From: Octopus sinensis
Lineage: Eukaryota
DNA: 64,000 nucleotides
Direction: 5' to 3'
NCBI RefSeq assembly: GCF_006345805.1
Contig: NW_021834489.1
Location: forward strand, 25,724 to 89,723
In this document: positions 25,650-37,528 of the stretch, piece by piece
Layout of the letters: each line of letters opens with the position of its first letter
Position numbering within the stretch: the stretch's first letter is position 1
Program-made: the position numbers and the translations under genes
The notes under the pieces: generated by a model
Told to the model about the DNA's origin: nothing
The model's database searches: none
The model's input: the letters and a program-made list of their open reading frames with translations, nothing else

Positions 25650-26361
25650 ATTAAGTTTAACCGGCCACCTGCTTGGCAACAAAGTTGTCTAGGATGAGAT
25701 TTTATTTTGTTCATCGATCTTTAAATCTTAAGAAGATCTAACCGATTTTTATAGTGCCAGATACCGAGATCATTTGTAGCGTATGAATTAAGGATCTGCG
25801 TTCTCTCCTAAAGATCCCAATTTCAGCCATACTTTGCTCCAGTCGGGTTGGTGTGTAACCTGTTGCTCCAGTAATGATAGGTATGATGCTGAAAGTGAGT
25901 CATGGATGCTGAATTTGTAAACTCTTTATCAGAAGTCCATCGACGTCCTCTTTCTCCTCTGCTTTTCTAACCACATTGGTGTCCAGAGGTATACAGAGGT
26001 TTCCAAGGGATTGCTGATTTCCACAGCAGAGCATATCTTTTCCTTATGGTCCCACAAAACAATGTCTTGTCAGTTGTGTTTTAACTTGGTGACTGTTTTA
26101 ATTCTTAAGCTCCAACAATATTCAACATTGTCTGTAGGAGTTTTCTTTTTACTCTTTTACTCTTTTACTTGTTTCAGTCATTTGACTGCGGCCATACTGG
26201 AGCACCGCCTTTAGTCGAGCAAATCGACCCCGGGACTTATTCTTTGTAAGCCCAGTACTTATTCTATCGGTGTCTTTTGCCGAACCGCTAAGTGACGGGG
26301 ACATAAACACACCAGCATCGGTTGTCAAGCAATGCTAGGGGGACAAACACAGACACACCAA

Positions 26362-26407
<46 letters not shown>

Positions 26408-26820
26408 GACAGGCTTCTTTCAGTTTCCGTCTACCAAATCCACTCACAGGCATTGGTCGGCCGGGACTATAGCAGAAGACACTTGCCCAAGATGCCACGC
26501 AGTGGGACTGACCCCGGAACCATGTGGTTGGTTAGCAAACTACTTACCACACAGCCACTCCTGCGCCTTTGTTAACTTTTTCCAGACTTTTCTGGCCTTA
26601 TGGGAAGATATTCTCTCATACTTAGCAATAAAATGATTGATATTTTTGATCTTGGTTTTACACAACCTGCATATTTTGTCTGTCAATATTTTCTGCCTTT
26701 TATGCTGCGTGTATTCGGTAAGGATCTCTTGTTTCTCAAATGCATAGAGGTAGCCTTCGAAGTGGGATGCCATAAACTTACTGGTTCCCCATGCCAAGCT
26801 CTTGATGTAATATATTCCCT
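25650..26820 (-). pseudogene. 3' remnant of RLE-type non-LTR retrotransposon (R4/Dong-like), interrupted by SINE-B
   Basis: ICRLCKTKIKNINHFIA (degenerate CCHC) then xDIVLWDHKEKICSAVEISNP...KAEEKE...IIPIITGA (PD-(D/E)xK-type RLE); same family as 10990-11565. Confidence 0.75.
26142..26568 (-). mobile_element. SINE-B, full length, nested in the RLE LINE
   Basis: Family B sequence. Confidence 0.9.
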
Positions 26821-26821
26821 C

Positions 26822-27101
26822 CATGTTCTGTTGTGTCTGTGGAGAGTCATTCTCTTTTAGTGCCTTATTATTTAACACACTCACCGATAAAATTTCCACT
26901 TATTTCTTATTTTTTATTTTCTAAAATTTTCGTTGGGTTTTGCAACCTTTTGAATAGTCTTGACTCTTGAAAAGGTTGCAAGACGCAACCAAAATTTTAG
27001 GAAAATAAAAAAATAAGAAATAAGTGGAAATTTTACCGGTGAGTGTGTTACATTATGAGGCACAAAAAGAAAATGACCCTCCCCAGACACAACAGAATAT
27101 G
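26822..27101. repeat. Fold-back element of about 280 bp with imperfect arms
   Basis: catgttctgttgtgtct...gcaaccttt pairs with aaaggttgc...agacacaacagaatatg; centre agtcttgact near 26960. Confidence 0.85.
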
Positions 27102-27129
27102 TTTCAACACACGAACTCATATAAAGGAT

Positions 27130-27529
27130 ACTCTCTTTTACTTGTTTCAGTCATTTGACTGCGGCCATGTGGGAGCACCGCCTTTTAATCGAGCAACGAC
27201 CCCGGGACTTATTCTTTTGTAAGCCCAGTACTTATTCTATCGGTCTCTTTTGCCGAACCGCTAAGTAAAGGGGACATAAAACACACCAGCATCGGTTGTC
27301 AAGCAATGCTAGGGGAACAAACACAGACACACAAACACACACACGCAATATATATATATATATATACATATATACGACAGGCTTCTTCAGTTTCCGTCTA
27401 CCAAATCCACTCACAAGGCTTTGGTCGGCCCGAGGCTATAGTAGAAGGCAGTTGCCCAAGGTGCCACGCAGTGGGACTGAACCCAGAACCATGTGGATGG
27501 TAAGCAAGCTACTTACCACTCCTGTGCCT
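27130..27529 (-). mobile_element. SINE-B, full length
   Basis: Family B sequence. Confidence 0.9.
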
Positions 27530-27835
27530 GGATCTTGCAAACCAAATCCCAAAACGAAATTCCCTCCATGGTTTGGATCTTTCGTGCCAAGTATCCATGC
27601 ACTACCTTCTCACTGAATTGGGTTCATTTACGTCACCGGACGCCTCTTACTGATGAGGTCCAGTAGACTGGAATCACACGATCTGGCAGTTCCAGCACCA
27701 TTAACAGATAACTCTCATCTGCTAGGATTTGCTTCCCTGCTTTTATGCACCAAGGATCTTTCAAGGCTAATAATGCAGTATTCTGCGTTCTAACAAGACA
27801 TCTACATTAAGTTGTATATAACGATTGCCTTTTGG

Positions 27836-27889
<54 letters not shown>

Positions 27890-28089
27890 ACCTCGTGTGT
27901 ACCGTTGGCGATTTTTTTTCCTGTCTTCCCTTCTCTGGATCTTTCCTTCTCCTATGTTTCCGACGGAGAGCTCCGCGCTCGAAGCGTTAAACCCTCCTTC
28001 TTACCTTCTTACCTGAGCGTCCAATACTATATTGTTCCACGTCCTCGCGTTGTTGTGTTTTTTTTTTGTTTTTGTTTGGATTAACTTTA

Positions 28090-28124
<35 letters not shown>

Positions 28125-28220
28125 GTATATATATATACATATATTATGTATATATATATGTATATATATAATGTATAATATATATATATATATGTAATAT
28201 ATGTATATATATATGTATGC

Positions 28221-28255
<35 letters not shown>

Positions 28256-28278
28256 ATATATAATATATATATATATAT

Positions 28279-28850
28279 TGATTAAAATTTAGGGTTACAA
28301 GAATATTTATCGAAAAAATTCTTAGCTACCAGTGGTCTAGCGAGAAGGGGAAAATTTAGCCAGTAGACTACACATTATTCAGAGAAGAATACAGTGTACA
28401 TTCGAACTCATAAGAGATACCCAGAAAATAGGATATCTGACTCACTAGAAAGAGCAGTTAAACTCCAATCCACTAATTGTAATTCCGAAAGTGATTGAAA
28501 ATTAAAACTTTTACCTTATATCTTAGACCCTGCAAGGTTTCTGCAGACTTAAATACAGATTGAAATAAAATAATTTCAATCTATATCTGGCGCTGCGTCT
28601 TCAGTAGGTTGCCAGGACTGAATACATAGATACGGAGCTATAAATAATCTGCCACGTGTCTATACGCTCTAATTTTTCGCGTCTACCGCGCAAATGCGGA
28701 ATAAATAAATTGCCGATCTTCTCCCAGAATTAGTCAAAAACATTTAATCATTAATTAAAATCTTAGGGTTGCAAGAATATTTATCGAAAAAAATTCTTAG
28801 CTACCAGTGGATTAGCGAGAAGAAAAAAAATTTAGATAAATTTTGGGATT
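28279..28850 (-). mobile_element. Unit of about 470 bp with terminal direct redundancy and an internal hammerhead motif (Penelope pLTR-like)
   Basis: ttagggtt(a/g)caagaatatttatcgaaaaaattcttagctaccagtgg...agcgagaag near 28290-28350 and 28765-28820; HHR motif at 28520-28610. Confidence 0.6.
28520..28610 (-). ncRNA. Hammerhead motif with extended stem II (imperfect)
   Basis: CUGAAGA (reverse complement of 28598-28604); stem II gcag/ctgc plus 14-bp inner hairpin; GAAAC; near-palindromic stem III accttgcagggt; GUC; C.A at 10.1-11.1 and weak stem I. Confidence 0.55.
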
Positions 28851-29801
28851 TATGGAGGGTCAGAGTTGGGAACAAAAACAGGACAGTGGAAACATACAAG
28901 GAAACATAACGAATACAAACAGGGAGAGTTGTTAGACCAGAACGAGGGTAAAATAGCGAAGGCTGGAGAAATATTTTCTTTGAAAGAGAATAGGTAGAAG
29001 AGAGAGATAGGATACGTCCAGTCCTTAGAACAGTCTTGAAAGAACAAGAAAGATGGACGATGGTCACGTATGAGCAACGAGAGAGTAAACAGGAGAAAGA
29101 GAAGAGAGGGAGACAGATAGAAAACAATGAAAGGGAGAAAAAGAGAATTAGAGAAAGGATGAGGAAGAAAACGATGGGGGAGAAAAACAGTATAGAGTAG
29201 GGTTGCATCAGGGGAGAAAAACAGTATAGAGTAGGGTCGCATCAGGGGAGAAAAAGAAGTGAGTAATGTATGATAGGCATAGGGATAAATAGACAGACAT
29301 TCAATGAATATATATTAATATCAAATAAACGGCATCGGAGCCGGTGACTAAAACAATTCGCAAATGCCAAGAAAATCTCAGAGATTTCGAGAAATTTGTC
29401 TGTGTGTGTGCGCGTGTGTGTTCGTGCGCATGAATGTGTGCGTGTCCGTGCACGTACACGTGTTGTGTAAATGTGGATCTGTTCATATGTATACAAGACA
29501 AAGTCAGTGGGTGAGAGAGAGAGAGAAGGTGAGAGAGAGAGAGAGAGAGTGTGTGTGTAAAAGACAGAGAGAGAGAGGGAGTGAGACTGTTGATTTGAGA
29601 AAGCGAAAGTGACGAAGAGAAATTCATATTTGAAGAACAATAATATCGGCAGCCACAACTATAATTATTTCTTTATTCTTTTACAAGAAATTCTACTACT
29701 ACTACTACTACGACAACGACGATGTCAACAGCCACCATCACAACCACTTCTACTACAAAGACGAACTACTACTACTATCACCACCACCACTACTACAACT
29801 A

Positions 29802-30183
29802 TACTCTTTTCTACACAAGGCCCGAAATTTCTGGGGAGGGGGCCAGTCGATTAGATCGACCTCAGTGCACAACCGGTACTTGATTTATCGACCCCGAAAG
29901 GATAAATGGCAAAGTCGACCTCGGCGGAATTTGAACTCAGAACGTAAAGACAGACGAAATACCTACTTATTCACTACCCACAAGGGGCTAAACACAGAGA
30001 GGACAAACAAGGACAGACAGACGGATTAAGTCGATTATATCGACCCCAGTGCGTAACTGGTACTTAATTTATCGACCCCGAAAGGATAAAAGGCAAAGTC
30101 GACCTCGGCGGAATTTGAACTCACAACGTAACGCAGACGAAATACCGGTAAGCATTTCGCCGGGCGTGCTAACGATTCTGCCA
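29802..30183 (-). mobile_element. SINE-A, head plus 2 units, tail 2
   Basis: Family A sequence. Confidence 0.88.
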
Positions 30184-30780
30184 CCCACTACAACGATACT
30201 ACTGGAACAAATATTACTATGACTGCTATGCTGTTGCTACAACAGATACTGCCACAATATTTTTCACCCACTACTACGACTACCTTATGCTACTACTACC
30301 ACTACCACTACTACTAATCTACTAATACGACGACGACGATGACGACGGCGCCATGCAATTGTAATACTACGAAAGTGGTGATGGCGGTAGGAAAATGCCT
30401 GCGATAACAACGAACAGCAACGGCAATGAGAAGACGATTATGACAAATATACCAAACGATAAAATAAAACCACAATACCGGCAGCAAAGACAGGTAACAG
30501 TAGCAGAAGATTCAACAAAAAGAATAACATACCAAGTACCAACGACAGCAATATTGCAGGTCGCAGTGATAGGGAGGGCGACAGTATTAAGAAATTATCT
30601 ACGACTAAAACTTGCAAACCATATTCCTTTGTCTGAGAATTACGGTTTAGGAAGGAATGGATGGAGTTTCATTTGATTAAAGTTCATAATCTAAAGAAGA
30701 CGTTTCTGTACAGCAAGAAACACAAAAACTCTTCCCTCCACATTTTTCTACTCATTTCTATATTAGTCAATATTTTTTTC

Positions 30781-31206
30781 GGATCTTTTCGGTTTGAACG
30801 GCAGATTTTTCTAGCAGTGTCATATGAAATTGTCACCCATAATTATGACCCTAGTATCGATCTATTGCATTTCAATCTATTTTAGGGTTAGGGTTAGGGT
30901 TGGGGGTGGGTGGAAGGGTATTTTTTTTTCTTCACAAATGTAAATAAACCCAATCTGTTTCTTAAACGAGGGACATATTCATACGGCACAGAATGTTTTT
31001 TTTACCTCAACAGACGTCATTGATTGGTTGAAATTGCAGAAATTGAAGAAAAAACCCCACAAATATCTTACAAACTATAGAATTTTCTCAATAAAGCCAA
31101 GAGGAAACGATGTTTTATAAACACATTCTACCAGTATACGAAGTTTAAAAGTGTTTAGTTACGTGGAAATTATTTTAAAAAACTGCCGGTCAAACCGAAA
31201 AGATCC
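30781..31206 (-). mobile_element. MITE-E flanked by a direct duplication of about 170 bp instead of an 8-bp TSD
   Basis: Both TIRs; 30608-30780 is repeated at 31207 to about 31368. Confidence 0.88.
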
Positions 31207-31380
31207 AAACTTGCAAACCGAATTCCTTTGTCTGAGAATTAGGAAGGAATGGATGGAGTTTCATTTGATTAATAATCTAAAGAAGACGTTTCTGTACAGC
31301 AACAAGCACAAAAACTCTTCCCTCCACATTTTTCTACTCATTTCTATATTTGTCAATATTGTTTTTCTTTCCTACATATA

Positions 31381-31768
31381 TATGGATGGAAGCACTCCGT
31401 CGGTTACGACGACGAGGGTTCCGGTTGATCCGATCAACGGAACAGCCTGCTCGTGAAATTACGTGTAAGTGGCTGAGCACTCCACAGACACGTGTACCCT
31501 TAACGCAGTTCTCGGGATATTCAGCGCGTGACACAGAGAGTGACAAGGCCGGCCCTTTGAAATACAGATACAACAGAAACGGAAGTAAGAGTGAGAGAAA
31601 GTTGTGGTGAAGAGAGTAGAGCAGGGATCACACCATCCCTGCCGGAGCCTCGTGGAGCTTTTAGGTGTTTTCGCTCAATAAACACTCACAACGCACGTCT
31701 GGGAATCGAAACCGCGATCCTACGACCGCGAGTCCGCTGCCCTAACCACTGGGCCATTGCGCTCCCAC
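31381..31768 (-). mobile_element. SINE-C, tail X, full length
   Basis: TSD tcctacatata at 31370-31380 and 31769-31779. Confidence 0.92.
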
Positions 31769-31869
31769 TCCTACATATACAAACCACATTATCAGTAAAT
31801 GTTTTATTCTTCTATAAGTTAATTAACAGAACCAAATGAAACATACATACATATATATATATATACATA

Positions 31870-32048
31870 CACAGTTCTATATTTAAGAGATGAGGAATTA
31901 TGTACATTATTTACATTTGACGGATATTTGTCCTCATCTTGTTTGTTCTTAACACAACGTCTCGGCTGATATACCCTCCAACCTTCTTCAGGTGTCTTGG
32001 GGAAATTTCGAACCTGGGTTCTCATTCCTAAAGTATTTTTCGATTTTA

Positions 32049-32113
<65 letters not shown>

Positions 32114-32199
32114 TATTATTATTATTCAGGTCACTGCTTGGAATCGAACTCGGAATCTTGGGGTTAGTAGCTTGCGCTCTTAACCACTACGCCATATGC
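31870..32199 (-). mobile_element. SINE-D, full length; HHR core has A14>G
   Basis: Minus strand gcatatggcgtagtggttaag head; gacac-CUGAAGA-a-ggttg/cagcc-GAGAC-GUU-gtgtt at 31951-31996. Confidence 0.88.
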
Positions 32200-32201
32200 T
32201 C

Positions 32202-32276
32202 GTGGTTAGGAGCGCGGCCTACTAACTCCAAGATTCCGAGTTCGATTTCAAGCAGTGACCTGAACAACAACAATAA

Positions 32277-32334
<58 letters not shown>

Positions 32335-32490
32335 TCGAAAAATACCTTCGGAATGAGAACCGAGGTTCGAAATTTCCCCAAGACACCTGAAGAAGGTTGG
32401 AGGGTATATCAGCCGAAACGTTGTGTTAACAACAAACAACATGAAGACAAATATCCGTCGAATGTAGATAATGCAAATAATGTAAATAAT
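32202..32490 (+). mobile_element. SINE-D, 5' end clipped within the A-box; HHR core intact
   Basis: gtggttaggagcgc...gagttcgatttc head, (AAT)n linker, HHR at 32382-32427. Confidence 0.88.
32382..32427 (+). ncRNA. Minimal type I hammerhead ribozyme motif with loopless palindromic stem III (ACGU)
   Basis: Stem I gacac/gtgtt; CUGAAGA 32387-32393; extra A; stem II ggttg/cagcc; GAAAC 32415-32419; GUU 32420-32422. Confidence 0.7.
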
Positions 32491-32527
32491 ATACATACAT
32501 ATTTACATACATATATACGTACGTACG

Positions 32528-32561
<34 letters not shown>

Positions 32562-32888
32562 CACAACACACACACACACACACCTACACTCACTCACACA
32601 TATGAACAATTAAAAAAAACCGAAATACACTAAAGGTTTTTATCTACGTTTGATATATAGAAACAAGAAATGTTTTCCATAATTTCAAAATACAATGTAT
32701 AGCAAAAGCCAGCCAGAGATCTTTTCCTACCGTTTTCAACACTAATTGAGTATTTTCAATGTGATTTCATCAAATTTCATGAAAGGCCTTTACGAAATTT
32801 TAGAAGTAATATAAAAAAATAAAACAGGAATATTTACAAGTCATTCCATTAACGTTAATGGAACCATAGTTCTGAATATAAGCCAGTG

Positions 32889-33023
32889 CAGGCGTGACCG
32901 TGTGGTAAGAATTTTACTTCCCAACCATATGTTTCTGAGTTCAATCCCACTACGTAACACTTTGGACAAGTGCCTTCTCCTATAGTCCTGCGCGACCGAA
33001 GCCTCGTGAGGGGCCTGCCACGT
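32889..33023 (+). mobile_element. SINE-B head (diverged) ending at its (TA)n tract
   Basis: caggcgtgaccgtgtggtaag...actttggacaagtgccttct. Confidence 0.75.
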
Positions 33024-33078
33024 ATATATATATATATATACATACATATATATATATATATAATATATATATATATAT

Positions 33079-33280
33079 ACAGAGAGGACAAACAAGGACA
33101 GACAAACGGATTAAGTCGATTATATTGACCCCAGTGCGTAACTGGTACTTATTTAATCGACTCTGAAAGGATAAAAAGCAAATTCTACCTCGGCGGAATT
33201 TGAACTCAGAACGTAGCGGCAGATAAAATACTGCTAAGCATTTCGCCCAGCTTGGTAACGATTCTGCCAGCTCGCCGCTT
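33079..33280 (-). mobile_element. SINE-A monomer, 3' end lost in a (TA)n tract
   Basis: Family A sequence. Confidence 0.85.
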
Positions 33281-34054
33281 AGCACACAATGTTCATTTAA
33301 TTTCGGTAGATTTTTTTAATACAACGAGCATTTCTTTACTTATTTCCTATTTTTCTTTGAAACACTACTCCGATAAATGGAGAAATTAGTAGAATTTGCA
33401 TGGTTTGCACTCCTACAAGTAACTATGTTGACCCCAAATAATTTTTCTTGTATATGACTGTCTAATTTGATGACGATGTAGGACATGCCTGGCAAAATAT
33501 GATGTTCTCAGCAACTTTCACATGTTAATATATATACTAAATTTTCGAAGCGGCACGAAACATTATTCTCCATTTTGAAAACAGGCCCTTGAAGTGAACC
33601 TAGGAGTCCTTTAATAAGCAGTTGCCTTTTCCACATTTCTGTCGTTTACATTTCTTAACTTTCACCTCCATAGTTTTTATATGTAGCTTTTCATTATTCA
33701 CTATCATTTGTAACGATTTTGCTTGGCTTTTTCTTAGAAATGTTTGGTTGCTTTTTAATGGCAGTTTTTCATCTTTTGGTCTCGCAGTAATATAGTTAAG
33801 TTTTGATAAATGAAAAGATTTCGACTTACTTTGCGTTATGATCTAAAGTTTTTTCCTCCATTTTTTTTTTGTTCCTGAATGTCAGTTTAATTCGCTCTTT
33901 GAATTCCACTTTTGAGTAAATTTAAAGAGTATTTTCTTCTAATAAATATTTCTTTCAGTTCTAGTCTGGCTTCACTTCTTAAATGATTCAACACTACTGT
34001 GTGAATTCATTATATGGAATGTTAACTCAATCAAGTTTCAGACGCCACGATGAA

Positions 34055-34619
34055 TTTAGTTGTCCGGAAAGTTTGTGCCGATTTATAATAGCTTAACTTT
34101 CGACTTATTTTACAATATGGTTGAGTCCATAAAATAGGATTTGACTACACCTCCATTTAGAGCACAGTTTAAGCTATCTTTTCGTGGAAGACGGTTTATG
34201 TTCCTATAACCCGTGTTAATTCTGTAACCCTTTAAAATGGAAGATAAGAAAGTTTATTTTCGGCACTTGATGCTTTGAGAACCAAACAAAAATTGCTGCA
34301 GCTCGGCTGGAATGTGTTACCCCAGCCTCCATATTCACCAGATATTGCACCTTCGGATTTCCACTTATTCAGGTCTCTGCAGAATAGTCTTAATGGTAAA
34401 AATTTCAATTCTTTGGATGACGTAAAAAGATACCTTGATAGATTTTTGCCATGAAACCACCTCAATTCTGAGAAGAGGGTATTTTCAAGTTAAATGAAAG
34501 ATGGAGACACATTGTGCAACAAAATGGTTCATATTTGGTTGATTAAAAATGTAATGGCAAGTATTTATTGACTATTTTCTTTCCTTTAAAAATCGGTACG
34601 AACTTTCCGGATAACCCAA
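34055..34619 (+). mobile_element. Second copy of the mariner deletion derivative
   Basis: Colinear with 20427-20991; right TIR intact, left degenerate. Confidence 0.88.
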
Positions 34620-34669
34620 TAGATATTGAGTTGAATCTCTAAACATCTATCAGTTACAGATTTTTGCAC

Positions 34670-34845
34670 AAGGCCGGCAATTTCAGGGGAGAGGTAAGTT
34701 TATTCCATCGACCCCAGTATTCAGCTGGTTCTTATTTTATCAACCCCGAAAAGATAAAAGCAAGTCGACCACGAGAGAATTTGAACTCAAAACGCAAAGA
34801 GGGATGAAATGCCACAAGGCATTTTTTCTGCCAGATTGCCACCTT
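34670..34845 (-). mobile_element. Degenerate SINE-A with tail 2
   Basis: atcgaccccagt...aaagcaagtcgacc...aatttgaactc. Confidence 0.65.
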
Positions 34846-35258
34846 TGTAATCAGTTTGTAATGGCGGTGTAGGAGATATTAACGCAAATTAAGGAAAACA
34901 ATTTGTCATCACTGTATTCTACAATAAATTGGACATGAGAGTAAAAATTATTTATGACATTAATTATTATTTTAGCTAATTAAAATAAAGTTGTTACCAA
35001 GAAATCTTTTTCCAGGTTTCTTTCAAATAACGACTGAAACTAATTTCGAATATGTGCGAGAATCGTTTATACAGTTTCAATTGATGTTACCCGAGATCTT
35101 GTATGTATGTATGTATGTATGTATGTGTGTGTGTATGTATGTATGTATGTATGCATGCATGTATGTATGTGTGTATGTATGTATGAATGTATGTATGTAT
35201 GTGTGTCTGTCTGTCTGTCTGTATGTATGTATGTATGCATGTATGTATGTATATCTAA

Positions 35259-35296
<38 letters not shown>

Positions 35297-35352
35297 ACTA
35301 GTGTCTATTGAATTTTTCCTCTTTGGCTTTACATATATATATATATATATAT

Positions 35353-35398
<46 letters not shown>

Positions 35399-35666
35399 CC
35401 AAAAAGGAAAAATTCAATTGTCACTAATTGTGACTGGGCTGCTGTGTAGCACACATATTGCTAGAAATAAGAGTTAAACTCTTAGAACTGCAAGGAAGCA
35501 CATTTTTATATACTGATAGGAGAGATAACCATGTAACCGCTCCATACGCGAAGCTAAGTCATTAGTTTCGCCTGTAAAATTGCAGGCTTGTCAGCAGAGA
35601 CTATATCATCGCCGAATGGTTTGCTAAATCCAAACTATCAATATATATTTACTATATAAATTTATT

Positions 35667-35977
35667 GTGGAAGCGCAATGGCTCAGTGGTTAGGGGCGGC
35701 GGACTCATGGTCGGAGGATCGCAGTTTCTATTTCCAGACCGGGTGTTGCGTGTGTTTTTTGAGCGAAAGCATCTAAAGCTCCCCGAGCCTCCGGTAGGGG
35801 ATGGTGGTGACCCCTGTTATACTCTTTTGCCCCAACTTTCTCTCGCTCTTTCGTCCTGTTTCTTGAGTAACCCTGCGAAGGACTGGCGTCCCGTCCAGCT
35901 GTGGGGAACACATACGCCACAGAAACCGGGTAACCGGGCCCATGAGCCGGGCCAGTCTTGCAAAGGACGCATAAAAA
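35667..35977 (+). mobile_element. SINE with family C head and a V-domain-like 3' module
   Basis: C head, then ccctgcgaaggactggcgtcccgtccag; TSD atataaatttatt at 35654-35666 and 35978-35990. Confidence 0.88.
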
Positions 35978-36176
35978 ATATAAATTTATTAGCGAAACGC
36001 TAATGGGAAAATTACAAAATAATGTAGGCAGCTATACACAATATAAAACCAAAAAATGAAAAATCGTTACCAATTGTGACTGAGGTTGATGGCTTGGAGG
36101 GTTGTCCCCTGAATAGTGCAAAACAGCTTGCATACCCAGGTCAACCTCTTCAAATACTCTTTTGTATGGCTTTGTT

Positions 36177-36593
36177 GGATCTTTTCGGTTTGAACGGCAG
36201 TTTTTAACATAATTTCTAGGTAACTAAAAACTTTTAAACTTCATATACTGGTAGAATGTGTTCATAAAACATCTTTTTCTCTTGGCTTTATTGAGAAAAT
36301 TCTATAGTTTGTAAGATATTTGTTGTTTTTTTTCTTCAATTTCTGCAATTTCAACCAATCGATGACGTCCATTGAGGTAAAAAAAACATTCTGTGCCGTA
36401 TGAATATGTCCCTCGTTTAAGAAACAGATTGGGTTTATTTACATTTCGGAAGAAAAAAAGATACCCTCCCCCCACCCTAACCCTAACCCTAAAACAGATT
36501 GAAATGCAATAGATCGATACTAGGGTCATAATTATGGGTGACAATTTCATATGACACCGCTAGAAAAAACTGCCGTTCAAACCGAAAAGATCC
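36177..36593 (+). mobile_element. MITE-E
   Basis: Both TIRs; TSD gctttgtt at 36169-36176 and 36594-36601. Confidence 0.92.
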
Positions 36594-37430
36594 GCTTTGT
36601 TTTCTATGGCTCTGTTACAGCACATGACCCCCATACTACTACTGCATACAGAGTCGCATTATATAATTTGTCCTTCCTTTATTTAAGACGATATTGTTTG
36701 ATTTGTGGGAAACGTTTGTATTTCTTGTAGATCAAATGACCACGGAAAGGCATCTTTTTCATTATTTTGTCTTGTTTTAATCTCACCTAGAGAGGTGATG
36801 AAGATCTAGGGAATTTTTTTCACCCCCAAGTAATACAAGACTATTTCATTTAAAACTTAATGATTTAACTAAGATTTATAATTAACATTTTTAAAATAAC
36901 ATGGCGGTGTAGGAGATATTAACGCAAAGCTGCTTAGATTAGCAAAAATGGACCTTTCTATACAAAGTGCTGATAAATCCGGCGCTTAAAGAATTAAATT
37001 AGATGTTCTAAGAACATAATTAAGAATATTTTTTTTTATAATTGAAAGAAAATAAAAGGAATTATTTGTAGTAATTTTATAAAATATCTGCCTAAAATGA
37101 AATAAAATATTTTAAAAAATTGCATTTTCGATTGAGTTTAATTAAATTCTTAATAGAATTGCGGTTTTAACAAAATATGCTGAAATTTATAAATCACTTA
37201 TAAAAAGTTTGTGGTGAGGGCATCGTAACATGAAACCCTCAAAGACAGGCGACAATGATGTAAGGTTAATGTCAAAGCTAATAAACACTCAGCAGATTGC
37301 AATTAACCAATTCTGTTTTTCTAATTATATCAATCAGTAAACGTTTTCCCGGATAATTAATGCAAACAAATCCACGACTGATATATTTTACAATATATCA
37401 CCTGTAATATCATCTCTATATATCATATAT

Positions 37431-37482
<52 letters not shown>

Positions 37483-37528
37483 ATATATATACGCATATAT
37501 TACTATCGATTTGAAATTAAGTCGATGT

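Noticed and set aside
27650-27690. CUGAUGA plus hairpin tccag/ctgga as a hammerhead
   Set aside because: No GAAA or stem III follows
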